Shown here: in pieces, positions 17,038-26,122 of the stretch
Layout: each line of letters starts with the position of its first letter
Numbering within the stretch: the first letter of the stretch is position 1
Source: a virus
Taxonomy: Duplodnaviria; Caudoviricetes
IMG/VR virus record: IMGVR_UViG_3300025421_000045
Location: 1-30,829 of that record
Length of the DNA stretch: 30,829 nt
Strand: one strand, 5' to 3'
The notes under the pieces: generated by a model
Told to the model about the DNA's origin: nothing
Seen by the model: the letters and a program-made list of their open reading frames with translations, nothing else
Database searches by the model: none
Translations under genes and position numbers: made by a program

Positions 17038-17756
17038 GCAATTCTACAACTTATTCTTTGAATGCTGGTGAAATGATTACCAGAGCGATGCAACTTATTG
17101 GTTCATTGAATGGTTATGGAACTGTTCCAGATGATGACCAATATAATCGTGCCATTCAATCATTGAATTTGATGTTGAAGGATTGGCAAATGGACGGCAC
17201 TAATTTGTGGAGAGAAACCCAAATTAGTCTAAATGTTGGGTCAAATCAAGGTTATTTTGGTAATCCTATTCCAATTTCTCCGCTTGTTTTGGATGTTTCT
17301 GAAGCAAGATGGGTTCAAACTCCTGCTCCAAACTTTTATGAGCGTCCTTTAGGTCGTATGACGTATGACCAGTATACAAATTATCCAAATAAACAACAAT
17401 CTGGCGGTTCTCCGTTCACTTTCATGTTTGATAGACAAGTTTCGGGTAGTAATTTGTATATTTGGCCGCTTTTGAATGCTGGCGGAACAATTAATTGCAC
17501 TGTGGCTCGTTCTGTTCAAGATGTTATTTTACCAACTGACGTTATTGATGTCCCTATTTGGGCACAACAAGCTGTTTTGTATAATTTGGCAGACCGTTTG
17601 ATGGATGAAAATGGTCTTGGAATGACTGACCCGGCTACAGCCCAGAGAATTACAGAACGTGCTGTTACATTTTACGATAAACTCAAGAATTTTGACCGTC
17701 CTACAAGTCTTTTCTATCTTCCATATGGAAAGCGTCGGTCAGGATTCTATAAATAA
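17028..17756 (+). CDS. head-tail adaptor (P22 gp4-like)
   Basis: EMITRAMQLIG...AIQSLNLMLKDWQ..G helical N-terminus; LYIWP; A..YNLA. Confidence 0.7.
   Translation: MSMSNSTTYSLNAGEMITRAMQLIGSLNGYGTVPDDDQYNRAIQSLNLMLKDWQMDGTNLWRETQISLNVGSNQGYFGNPIPISPLVLDVSEARWVQTPAPNFYERPLGRMTYDQYTNYPNKQQSGGSPFTFMFDRQVSGSNLYIWPLLNAGGTINCTVARSVQDVILPTDVIDVPIWAQQAVLYNLADRLMDENGLGMTDPATAQRITERAVTFYDKLKNFDRPTSLFYLPYGKRRSGFYK
17748..17755 (+). promoter_or_regulatory. perfect T4 late promoter octamer
   Basis: TATAAATA 22 nt before ATG 17778; AAGGA SD. Confidence 0.7.
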
Positions 17757-17777
17757 TACAAAATTTAAGGAACCATC

Positions 17778-19880
17778 ATGGCCACATCTAATATCGGACA
17801 ATTATATCAAGAACGAAATGGTTCTGGCTACTATGCTGCCGTTTTCTTGGTAAACACCACCACAGAAGCTCTTCCTCAGAGTCCTCTTAATCCGCCTATT
17901 AACACATCTGTTTCGGAAGTTCCGGCTCAGATTCTTGTTGATGTTCATGGAACACCGGTTGGAACAACTTCAAATCCTATCGTTACAACTGCCACATTTG
18001 GCGGTTCTATTACTGTAACTGCTAATGCTATCGCTAATGCCGCTTCGCAGAATTTTTCAAATGGAACATCAACTCAATTATATACGGACCTTGGCGGAAA
18101 TCTTAAGGTCAATGTTGTGTCTGGGACCATCACCTCCACAACAGCAGCCACCGCAAACGCCGCCCAGCAGAATTTCGCAAATGGAACATCCAATCCCCTT
18201 CAAGCAGACCAACATGGAGCTTTAAAGGTCAATATGCAAAATTCATCGTTCACCGTGACTTTGAATTCTGCTCTTCCAACAGGCTCAAATACAATTGGTA
18301 ATGTCAATTTGGCAAGCCCTCTTCCTACAGGTGCCAACACAATTGGTTCTGTAAACATTGTAGGAACGCCTTCTGTAAATGCTGCTTTGACAGGCTCAAT
18401 CCCTGCGGGAACAAATGTCATCGGAGGTATTACAAACACATCTTTTGGAATTTCTGGTTCACTTCCTGCTGGTAATAATTTCATTGGTAATGTGGCGATT
18501 ACAAATCTTCCAATTACTGAAACCGTCGTTGTAAGTTCTCTTCCAGCGGGTTCAAATGCTATCGGAAGCATTACAAACAGTCAATTCAATGTAACTCAGC
18601 CTACGGCTGCAAACTTGCAGATGACTCCTGTTTCGGATGGTAGTTTCCCAAACAAAGTCCAGATTTCAAATTCTGTTCCTTTGTCGGTAACAAATGGCGG
18701 CACTTTTAACGTGCAAGTGACGAACAGTGTCCCGATTACAGCCACTTTCTCGGGAACATCAATCAATGTCACTCAGTCAAATGCTGCTGCACTTCAATCT
18801 CAAGTAACTAATAATGGAACTTTTGCTGTTCAAGTAACAAATTCTGTTCCAATTCAGGCTACATTCTCAGGCTCAAGTATTCAGACAACTCAATCCAATG
18901 CGGCTCTATTGAATTCTACAGTCGTGGGCACAGGAACTTTTGCGGTTCAAGTTACAAACAGTGTAAGTCATCCTGTAACTCAAAGCAATGCTTTGGCTTT
19001 GCAAACAACTGTTTCTCAATCAAATGCTGCTAATTTGAATGCGACTGTGGTCGGAACGGGAACATTCCCAGTCCAGATTACCTCGTCTATTCCTTTGACT
19101 GCAACTCTTGGAAATTCAGTTTCCTTGGCAAATTCTACTGCAAGCATTGGTTCAATTTTGAATACAAGTTTTGGGGCAACACAGTCTAACGCGGCTTTGT
19201 TCAATGCTACAGTAGTAAATTCAGGAACATTCGCAGTTCAAGTTACTAATAGTGTGCCAATTCAAGCAACTTTCTCAGGTTCTTCAATTGCAGTTACTCA
19301 GGGAAATGCTGCGGCTCTTCAAGCCACTGTTACGGGAGCAGTTTCTGTTTCGCAATCCACTGCTGCAAATTTGAATGCTACGATTGTTCAATCAAATTCG
19401 GCATTGTTGAATGTTTCAACTTATTCATCTTCGGCTCAAGTTCAAGTCAATCCTACAAACACTTCAGGTTCTGCATATACTGCAAACAATGTCGTGGGCG
19501 GAAAATTGACATTCTCGGGTATTCTTCGTTCGCCTACACAGTCTGGTGTTCTACAATCCATTTCAATCGTGTCAAAATCTGTTCAAACCACAGGTTACAA
19601 GGTTTATGTTTTCAATAATAACCCTTCAAACACAACATGGACTGACAAGAGTGCCCCGGCGATTAATGCCGCCGATTTGCCATATTTGGTTGGAGTATTC
19701 ACATTAGGGGCCGCAGATAGTGGCCTTGGAACTATGACAATCAATGTTTTGGATAATATTGGGCAAACGGTTTATTCTTCAGGCGGAACAAGTTTGTATG
19801 CCATTGTGACATGCACAACCGGGCCAACTTATACATCAACTTCAGACCTATATGTAACCCTTTCTGTATTGAGAGATTAA
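17778..19880 (+). CDS. repeat-rich fibre-like virion protein (700 aa)
   Basis: LP(T/A)G.N.IG repeats, then TQSNAA.L...V...GTF.VQVTNSVP repeats; almost uncharged. Confidence 0.75.
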   Translation: MATSNIGQLYQERNGSGYYAAVFLVNTTTEALPQSPLNPPINTSVSEVPAQILVDVHGTPVGTTSNPIVTTATFGGSITVTANAIANAASQNFSNGTSTQLYTDLGGNLKVNVVSGTITSTTAATANAAQQNFANGTSNPLQADQHGALKVNMQNSSFTVTLNSALPTGSNTIGNVNLASPLPTGANTIGSVNIVGTPSVNAALTGSIPAGTNVIGGITNTSFGISGSLPAGNNFIGNVAITNLPITETVVVSSLPAGSNAIGSITNSQFNVTQPTAANLQMTPVSDGSFPNKVQISNSVPLSVTNGGTFNVQVTNSVPITATFSGTSINVTQSNAAALQSQVTNNGTFAVQVTNSVPIQATFSGSSIQTTQSNAALLNSTVVGTGTFAVQVTNSVSHPVTQSNALALQTTVSQSNAANLNATVVGTGTFPVQITSSIPLTATLGNSVSLANSTASIGSILNTSFGATQSNAALFNATVVNSGTFAVQVTNSVPIQATFSGSSIAVTQGNAAALQATVTGAVSVSQSTAANLNATIVQSNSALLNVSTYSSSAQVQVNPTNTSGSAYTANNVVGGKLTFSGILRSPTQSGVLQSISIVSKSVQTTGYKVYVFNNNPSNTTWTDKSAPAINAADLPYLVGVFTLGAADSGLGTMTINVLDNIGQTVYSSGGTSLYAIVTCTTGPTYTSTSDLYVTLSVLRD

Positions 19881-19881
19881 T

Positions 19882-22491
19882 ATGAGACTCACGGGAAGCC
19901 GTCGTTCGCTTCTTGCGGGAACCTCATTAGCATCCTCGGTCCCCAAAGGAAGTTCAGTATACATAGCAAATGCCACGGGATTTTATTCAATAACTTCCCC
20001 GGCATTTGCTAATTATGGAACAATTCAATTATGGGGAAGCGGAGCCGGTTCCGGCGCTGCTAATTCCACTGTGGCCGGTTCGGGAGGCGGGGGCGGAGGT
20101 TACCTAATCATTGACAATACTTCGGTTTCGCCAAATACGACATATAATTATGCTTTGTATCAGCCTTATTATGACCCTTATGCTGCTAATGTCACAATGC
20201 TTCTCCCATTTTCGGGAACGGTAGGAAGCGTTCCTCAAGTTATTGAAGGAAGCATGTCCACCGTGACTTTAACTCACGCAGGAACGGGTTCTGGAACAGA
20301 CGGTTATTGTGAGAATACTGTTACAAAATGGGGAACAACTGCTTGTTATACAAATGGCGGTTCAAATTCCGCATCGTGGCAAATTACTCCCGGTTCATCT
20401 CTTTCCGGAGATTTTACATTTGAATTGTTCATCTATCCCATGGCGGGAGCAACAAATCAGTTCATTTTCTCAAATTATCTTGGACCAGTTTGTAATGGAG
20501 GCGGAAGCAATCCTGCTCAGTTTCTTTTCTGGTTGAATAATGGCGTTTTGACAGTTGGAAATCCTGCGGGAAGTTTCCTTGTTGGAGGTTCCGTAACATA
20601 TAATACTTGGCACCATGTGGCTTGGACTCGTAAGAGTGGAGTTAGTTCCTTATGGTTGGATGGTGTTTTACAAGCAACTTCATCCGCATATACTGGAACT
20701 GCCTTGAGTTGCTATAATATTAATAATCCAGTTTCTATTAAACTTTGGATTTCAGGCTACGAATATACTGGTTTGTATCAGTTCACAGGATACTATCAGG
20801 ATATGCGAGTGACAAGTGTTGCTCGCTATACCGCAAACTTCACTGTCAACACCTCTTCATATTCTCAAATTGCGGGCTATAGCGCATGGTATGGCACCTC
20901 AACAAGCGTTTCGGTTGCTCAGGCCAACGCGGGCGTTCTTCCCGGTGTGGGAGCATCTGGGGGCGCTGGCGGGGGTGTTATTGGCAACGGTATCACTTAC
21001 AGTGCTGTAGGAAGCAATGGAACATCCTATGCTGGAACAACTCCGGGTAATGGCGGTAATAGTGGCGGGGGCGCTTTGGGTGGTATTGCCAATGGAACTG
21101 CCAATGCGAATGCAGGAGCAAATCCGGGAGGAGGTTCTTCGGGACAACCTGTCAATGGAAATGCCGTTGTGGGAGGATATCCACAAATTCAAGTCAATTG
21201 GTATTCAGACCCGCCTCCATCTTTGACACCATTTACATCAAATGCAATTGGTTATCAATCCGTTACGGCTCCTGCGGGAGCAAAATATGCCAGCATTGAA
21301 TTGTGGGGAGCAGGAGGAAACTCTGGCTTTGCAAATGCTATTTCTAATAGTGCCGGTTCCGGGGGTGGCGGAGGTGGTGTAGTCATCTCAAATATTGCCG
21401 TGAATGCTGGTCAAGGATATAATTTTGCATTGTATCAGGCACAACAAGACCCTTATTATAACAAAGTAACATGTTTGATTCCTTTCACAGGTCCGCCTAT
21501 TAATTCAAGAGCAAATCCGCCAAAAGTTATTTGGGGAGCCATGAATACGGTCACCATCGGTTCTGCCGGGGGCGTGAATGATGGTTATATTCAGAATTCA
21601 GTAACAAAGTGGGGAACACAGGCTGGTTATCTTGCGGGAGCGCAGGGTTCATCTTCTGGATATGGAAACTGGTGGCAGATTAGTCCGGTTGTTCCCATGA
21701 CCGGAGATTTGACTATTGAATTCTGGGCATGGACTGCTTCGGCTTCGGGTCAACAAATCATTATGGGAAGCACGGCGGGTATTGGCCCTGCTGACCCAAA
21801 CCAAGTTCAGATTGTTAGAAATGGTGGTGGGGTTGTTTTGACATTAGGTAGTGCAAGCATTACCGGAGCAGCCCTTTCATTTAATACATGGCACCATTAT
21901 GCATGGGTTAGAAAATCAGGAGTAAACACACTCTATCTTGATGGTGTGGCTCAAGGGACTGACACAACCTTTGCTTCAAATTCTGTTTTGAGTGCATCTA
22001 CGCAACTTTGGCTTGGCAACAATCAATTTGGTCCTGCACTTAATAACATTTATTGTTGGGGCGGATATATGAATGATTTCCGTATCACAAAGGATGTTGC
22101 AAGATATACTTCAAACTTTACACCGCCAACTTCTTCATATGCTGTCTCAGAGGGTTATTCTGCATTCTACGGTAATGTTTTGACAGATACTGCTATATTC
22201 CAAGCCAACGCGGGTCAAACTCCTTATGTCGGAAACGCAGGAGGAGCGGGCGGAACTGTTTCGGGAACATACACTATTGGGGTTGCGGGTTCAAGTGGAA
22301 CTGCAAATTCAACAACAACTCAAGGCTCGGGTGGAAATTCTGGCGGGGGAGCATTGGGAGGCATTGGTTCTTCAAATGCAACTGTGGCCAATGCTGGTCA
22401 ATCTCCCGGAGGCGGAGCATCGGGCCAACCTTATGCGGGAAATGCTGTATCGGGAGGCTCCCCACAAATTACAATTACTTGGATTGGATAA
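19882..22491 (+). CDS. glycine-rich tail fibre/adhesin with two LamG (ConA-like) domains
   Basis: two copies of GDFT.E, NTWHH.AW.RKSGV..L.LDGV.Q and D.R.T..ARYT.NF, each flanked by Gly-rich segments. Confidence 0.85.
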   Translation: MRLTGSRRSLLAGTSLASSVPKGSSVYIANATGFYSITSPAFANYGTIQLWGSGAGSGAANSTVAGSGGGGGGYLIIDNTSVSPNTTYNYALYQPYYDPYAANVTMLLPFSGTVGSVPQVIEGSMSTVTLTHAGTGSGTDGYCENTVTKWGTTACYTNGGSNSASWQITPGSSLSGDFTFELFIYPMAGATNQFIFSNYLGPVCNGGGSNPAQFLFWLNNGVLTVGNPAGSFLVGGSVTYNTWHHVAWTRKSGVSSLWLDGVLQATSSAYTGTALSCYNINNPVSIKLWISGYEYTGLYQFTGYYQDMRVTSVARYTANFTVNTSSYSQIAGYSAWYGTSTSVSVAQANAGVLPGVGASGGAGGGVIGNGITYSAVGSNGTSYAGTTPGNGGNSGGGALGGIANGTANANAGANPGGGSSGQPVNGNAVVGGYPQIQVNWYSDPPPSLTPFTSNAIGYQSVTAPAGAKYASIELWGAGGNSGFANAISNSAGSGGGGGGVVISNIAVNAGQGYNFALYQAQQDPYYNKVTCLIPFTGPPINSRANPPKVIWGAMNTVTIGSAGGVNDGYIQNSVTKWGTQAGYLAGAQGSSSGYGNWWQISPVVPMTGDLTIEFWAWTASASGQQIIMGSTAGIGPADPNQVQIVRNGGGVVLTLGSASITGAALSFNTWHHYAWVRKSGVNTLYLDGVAQGTDTTFASNSVLSASTQLWLGNNQFGPALNNIYCWGGYMNDFRITKDVARYTSNFTPPTSSYAVSEGYSAFYGNVLTDTAIFQANAGQTPYVGNAGGAGGTVSGTYTIGVAGSSGTANSTTTQGSGGNSGGGALGGIGSSNATVANAGQSPGGGASGQPYAGNAVSGGSPQITITWIG

Positions 22492-22495
22492 CATC

Positions 22496-22876
22496 ATGAC
22501 TACTACTGGGCAAAATCATTCCATTGAGACCCAAATCGCTTTGCTCGGAGTAAAGTTAGACGCTAATCATCAGGAATTAAAAACAGAACTTCAGGCAATG
22601 AATACTTTGCAAAATGAGCAGAATATTCATTTGAGACAAACTTTTGAATCGCATAGAACGCAAAATGAAAAGACTTTTGCAGAAGTGCATACAAATCATG
22701 AAGCCTTGAAGTCCCGTGTTGAGGAAATTGAAAAAAAAAACGCAGAAAATAATGGTGCCAAAATCACGCATCAATATTGGATAACAACACTTTGGGGTGT
22801 TGTTGCTGGTGGATTTGTAGTTTTAATGAATTGGATTATAGCACATTTCAGTGCTGTGTTTCATATACCAAAATAA
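22496..22876 (+). CDS. coiled-coil protein with a C-terminal TM helix (XhlA/holin-like)
   Basis: start moved to ATG 22496; heptad repeats followed by WITTLWGVVAGGFVVLMNWII. Confidence 0.7.
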   Translation: MTTTGQNHSIETQIALLGVKLDANHQELKTELQAMNTLQNEQNIHLRQTFESHRTQNEKTFAEVHTNHEALKSRVEEIEKKNAENNGAKITHQYWITTLWGVVAGGFVVLMNWIIAHFSAVFHIPK

Positions 22877-22887
22877 TAGACGCTGGG

Positions 22888-22894
22888 ATAAATA
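22888..22894 (+). promoter_or_regulatory. T4-late-like promoter core inside a palindrome
   Basis: TGGGATA-AA-TATCCCA; ATAAATA 28 nt before ATG 22923; GGAGG SD. Confidence 0.65.
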
Positions 22895-22922
22895 TCCCAT
22901 ACCTCGGAGGATAATAAACATT

Positions 22923-23210
22923 ATGCAAAATTTAGACTTGACTGGGAATTCAACCGTCATTGCATTTGACTTGGATACTGTCATTGAAGATAGTATTGTC
23001 GGAGCATCGGTTGTATTGCCCGCTATCACAAGCCCCGACATGATTATGAACATTCGTAACAAGAGTGGTCATACTGTTATGGCAACAACATCAACAGATG
23101 AAATCAATTATAGCCAAAGCGAACCGGCCAGCATTGCTATTCCTTCGGGAAAAGTATTGAGCTTGCGTTCAATTTGCCTCGGAATGTGGGGAGCATATAC
23201 TCATGACTAA
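22923..23210 (+). CDS. small beta-rich putative virion protein
   Basis: start moved to ATG 22923; V.LPA...I.N.SG pattern. Confidence 0.7.
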   Translation: MQNLDLTGNSTVIAFDLDTVIEDSIVGASVVLPAITSPDMIMNIRNKSGHTVMATTSTDEINYSQSEPASIAIPSGKVLSLRSICLGMWGAYTHD

Positions 23211-23625
23211 TTTTTCTAATCAAAACGGGACTGGCATCGTCGTAGCCGATGGCTTCGCAACTCCTGCTGGCCCGTTGTCAGTTTCGGCAATTAAAGATAT
23301 TGCATCCACAGTAGACACTTATACTGCTGTAAACTCAGATATTTTGTTTATTGCACAAAGAACTGATACTTTGGATATATATCTACCAAAAATCACGGCT
23401 TCTTCTTTAATACAATTGATTTTACCAGTTGAACCGGGTGGATTAAATTCTATCATATTGCACGCCAACGGTTCGGACCTGTTTAATAATAGTGGTTCCC
23501 CAGTCAGCACCTTTGATATTTCTTCTTTCGCGAATCAAGCGTCAATTGTTAATATTTTCGCGGGGTTGATTATGGGAAATCCGGAATGGAGATTAAGTTA
23601 TTTTGCTGCTGCAAATGTTAACTAA
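23203..23625 (+). CDS. putative virion protein, paralog A
   Basis: GGAG SD; N-terminus MTNFSNQNGTGIVVADGFATPAGP. Confidence 0.75.
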   Translation: MTNFSNQNGTGIVVADGFATPAGPLSVSAIKDIASTVDTYTAVNSDILFIAQRTDTLDIYLPKITASSLIQLILPVEPGGLNSIILHANGSDLFNNSGSPVSTFDISSFANQASIVNIFAGLIMGNPEWRLSYFAAANVN

Positions 23626-23628
23626 TCT

Positions 23629-23742
23629 ATGAAAAAATCTGACCCTTGTTGGAAAAATTATAAGATGGAGGGGACAAAACAGAAGGACGGTAAAACCGTT
23701 CCAAATTGTGTTCCCAAGACCAAAAAGAAGAATAAAAAATGA
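23629..23742 (+). CDS. 37-aa basic microprotein with CW..Y...G...DGK.VPNCVP motif, not in ORF track
   Basis: MKKSDPCWKNYKMEGTKQKDGKTVPNCVPKTKKKNKK fills the gap exactly; ATGA overlap with 23739. Confidence 0.8.
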   Translation: MKKSDPCWKNYKMEGTKQKDGKTVPNCVPKTKKKNKK

Positions 23743-24137
23743 CCAACTTCACGAATGATACTGGCACGGGAATAGTTATTGCTGATGGGTTTGCCACACC
23801 AAGTGGACCCATTGGCGGGGGCACTATGCCAATTTTGGAGCCTGTAACTGCTACGGCAAGTTCTACAGGTGCTCCAACTATGGTTTTGGGGGCTATTAAT
23901 CAGATTGTAGGAAACAATTTCTTCAATTCATATGTAAATGCTCCTCCTGCAATTTTTGGTCATCAATTTGTTACAGTGATGCCCCAATATAATTATGGGA
24001 CATTTTTGCATCCTTTCGGAAGCGATACTGTTTCAGGGGCACCGGGAGATGCATCAATTTCTTATCCAAGTATAACAACTTACTATTGTTTGCAAACCGG
24101 TAATTGGAGCGTTGCTCCTGTAACATACTATCCATAA
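23739..24137 (+). CDS. putative virion protein, paralog B
   Basis: N-terminus MTNFTNDTGTGIVIADGFATPSGP. Confidence 0.75.
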   Translation: MTNFTNDTGTGIVIADGFATPSGPIGGGTMPILEPVTATASSTGAPTMVLGAINQIVGNNFFNSYVNAPPAIFGHQFVTVMPQYNYGTFLHPFGSDTVSGAPGDASISYPSITTYYCLQTGNWSVAPVTYYP

Positions 24138-24140
24138 ATA
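24134..24140 (+). promoter_or_regulatory. T4-late-like promoter core
   Basis: ATAAATA 28 nt before ATG 24169; AAGGA SD. Confidence 0.65.
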
Positions 24141-24168
24141 AATCTGTCTCTTTAAAGGAAACTAAAAA

Positions 24169-24447
24169 ATGAAAATGTCTAAAGTAATGTCAAAGAATCC
24201 GATGACAGATATCAAGGGGACTGAAAAAGGTTCTCTTAAAGCCGTTTCTCAGCACAAGGCAATTGCCATGGGTTATGAAGCTGCTCCATCTGAGCCTCGT
24301 TCAATGATGAATCAAAAGCATAAAGGCGAAACTGGCGAAACGGTTGTTCCGGGATTCACATCCATGGGCAAGACCACTTCAAAGATTGCCATGAAGAATA
24401 CCAAAGGTGCAAAGGGTTCCGAGTCAACACCTATGAAAAAGAAGTAA
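24169..24447 (+). CDS. Lys/Met-rich basic, probably disordered protein
   Basis: composition; own SD and promoter motif. Confidence 0.75.
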   Translation: MKMSKVMSKNPMTDIKGTEKGSLKAVSQHKAIAMGYEAAPSEPRSMMNQKHKGETGETVVPGFTSMGKTTSKIAMKNTKGAKGSESTPMKKK

Positions 24448-24458
24448 TTTAATTCCCG

Positions 24459-25853
24459 ATGGAAATTAAACTTTCTACGGGAAATTATGCAAAACCTTCC
24501 CTTCAACTACCTGTTGAAAGGCTTGTAAATGCATATGTTGAATCTACTCCTGCTGGTCCATCTGAAGATATAAGAACAGCGCGTCCCGGCTTAACAAAGA
24601 TTTACAGTTTTGGAACAAGTCCAATCCTTGCAATGTATCAAGTCCCCGGTTTATTCAATGGGGACTTGTTTACTATTTGCGGAGAATCCGTTTATAGAAA
24701 TAATAATCTAATCGGAACAGTGGCCTTTTCTCAAACCCCTCAAATTGCTGCAATTTCCGGTAAAATGGCAATTGTATCAGGAGGAGGATTGTATATCTAT
24801 GATGGGACAACCTTTACTCAGCAACAATATTTTGATGATGGTGTTTCAAGATTGGTTCCCTTTTCTGGCGTAACTGTTCTTTACAATATTTTCATCTATC
24901 CTGTTGTGGGTTCCAATCAATTCTTCTTTTCAAATGTTGGTGAACCGGGAATAATAAACGCAGCCAATGAATCATTGGTTCAGGTTTCTCCTGATGATAT
25001 TGTTCAATCTTTTGTTTTGGCAGAAATTGTTTATTTCTTTAAAAACAGAACAACTGAATTGTGGCAATTTACGGGTAATTTGACTGCACCATTTCAGGAA
25101 ATTCAAGGTGCAACATATGCAAGAGGATGTGTGTCACAGGGTTCCGTAGTCAAAGCAGATAATGCTTTGTTCTGGATTGGAGACGATTTACAAGTTTATC
25201 GTTCTTCAACAGTTCCAGAAAGAATTTCAACATCTTTTATTGAAGATAGACTCCATTCTGAAACACAACCTCAGAATATTTCAGCATTTACTGTAAATGT
25301 TCTCGGACATATTTTTTATGTCATCAATCTTGTAGGATTGAATGAATCGTGGGCCTATGATTGTCAGACAAAAACTTGGGCACAATGGGGAACTCAACAA
25401 AGAGCACAAGAAATTCCGGGTATTTTTCAATGTTCATTAGCCGTTGGTCAAGGTAATTTTATCTTTGGCGGTTCTTATAATGATGGAAGAGTATTCAAAT
25501 TTGATACTACAAATCATACAGATGATGGTGTTCCCGTTCAAGTTATCGTTTCTGGAAATGTTTTGACAAGCGGCGGTTATAACAAGTGCTTCAATGTGTC
25601 TTTACATAATGTAAGAGGTGTTGGCACAATTGCTACTCCAAATCCCGTTATAAAAATGCGTTATAGTGATGACGGAAGAACTTGGACAACATGGTATCCT
25701 GCAAGTTATGGAACGATTGCTTCTTATCGTTATAAGACAACTTGGAGAAATCTTGGTTTGATTAGACAACCCGGAAGATGGTTTGAATTCAGTATTTCAG
25801 ATGCTGTGAATATTACAGTTGAAGGGCTTAGTTTAAATGAGCCTAGAGTTTGA
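24459..25853 (+). CDS. tail hub / packaged DNA stabilization protein (P22 gp10-like)
   Basis: RLVNAYVE...RPGL, SPDDIV, TTELW...G, ARGC, FWIGDD, RIST..IE, YSDDGRTW, WRNLG motifs. Confidence 0.88.
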   Translation: MEIKLSTGNYAKPSLQLPVERLVNAYVESTPAGPSEDIRTARPGLTKIYSFGTSPILAMYQVPGLFNGDLFTICGESVYRNNNLIGTVAFSQTPQIAAISGKMAIVSGGGLYIYDGTTFTQQQYFDDGVSRLVPFSGVTVLYNIFIYPVVGSNQFFFSNVGEPGIINAANESLVQVSPDDIVQSFVLAEIVYFFKNRTTELWQFTGNLTAPFQEIQGATYARGCVSQGSVVKADNALFWIGDDLQVYRSSTVPERISTSFIEDRLHSETQPQNISAFTVNVLGHIFYVINLVGLNESWAYDCQTKTWAQWGTQQRAQEIPGIFQCSLAVGQGNFIFGGSYNDGRVFKFDTTNHTDDGVPVQVIVSGNVLTSGGYNKCFNVSLHNVRGVGTIATPNPVIKMRYSDDGRTWTTWYPASYGTIASYRYKTTWRNLGLIRQPGRWFEFSISDAVNITVEGLSLNEPRV

Positions 25854-26109
25854 TTTTCTTTAAATCAAAGAGGTTTCCGTCAAATTTTTCATTTAATTTT
25901 TTAACAACATTCAAACCGGTTCCTTTTGTTGTAAAGCAAGTTTTTGGATATCTTGTCTTGTCTAATAGTTGGTGAACATAGCGTAAAGAAATGGGTTTGT
26001 CTTTATAAGTAACTACATAAACATATTGTTCTGTATCTAAAATTTGAACTTCGTATGGGTAATTACAAGAACTATTTGTTATTATTATTTTAGGTTTTGG
26101 ACGAGACAT
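25843..26109 (-). CDS. antisense hypothetical protein (88 aa, MSRPKPKII...)
   Basis: fills the 25854-26122 gap; start moved to ATG 26109; TATAAATA 5 nt upstream. Confidence 0.75.
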   Translation of the reverse strand: MSRPKPKIIITNSSCNYPYEVQILDTEQYVYVVTYKDKPISLRYVHQLLDKTRYPKTCFTTKGTGLNVVKKLNEKFDGNLFDLKKIKL

Positions 26110-26114
26110 AAGGA

Positions 26115-26122
26115 TATTTATA
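26115..26122 (-). promoter_or_regulatory. perfect T4 late promoter octamer, leaderless geometry
   Basis: TATAAATA-tcctt-ATG(26109) on the minus strand. Confidence 0.7.

Noticed and set aside
18590-19400. DNA repeats suggestive of a CRISPR array or DGR template/variable repeats
   Set aside because: Degenerate, in-frame and codon-periodic protein repeats; no identical repeat-spacer pattern, no adenine-specific differences noted, no reverse transcriptase
22226-22495. 90-aa N-terminal extension of the 22876 ORF
   Set aside because: Overlaps the Gly-rich fibre gene in another frame; ATG 22496 follows the stop directly. No slippery site seen to support a frameshift.
23627-23824. 65-aa minus-strand ORF
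   Set aside because: Region is explained by the 37-aa + strand microprotein and the 23739 gene
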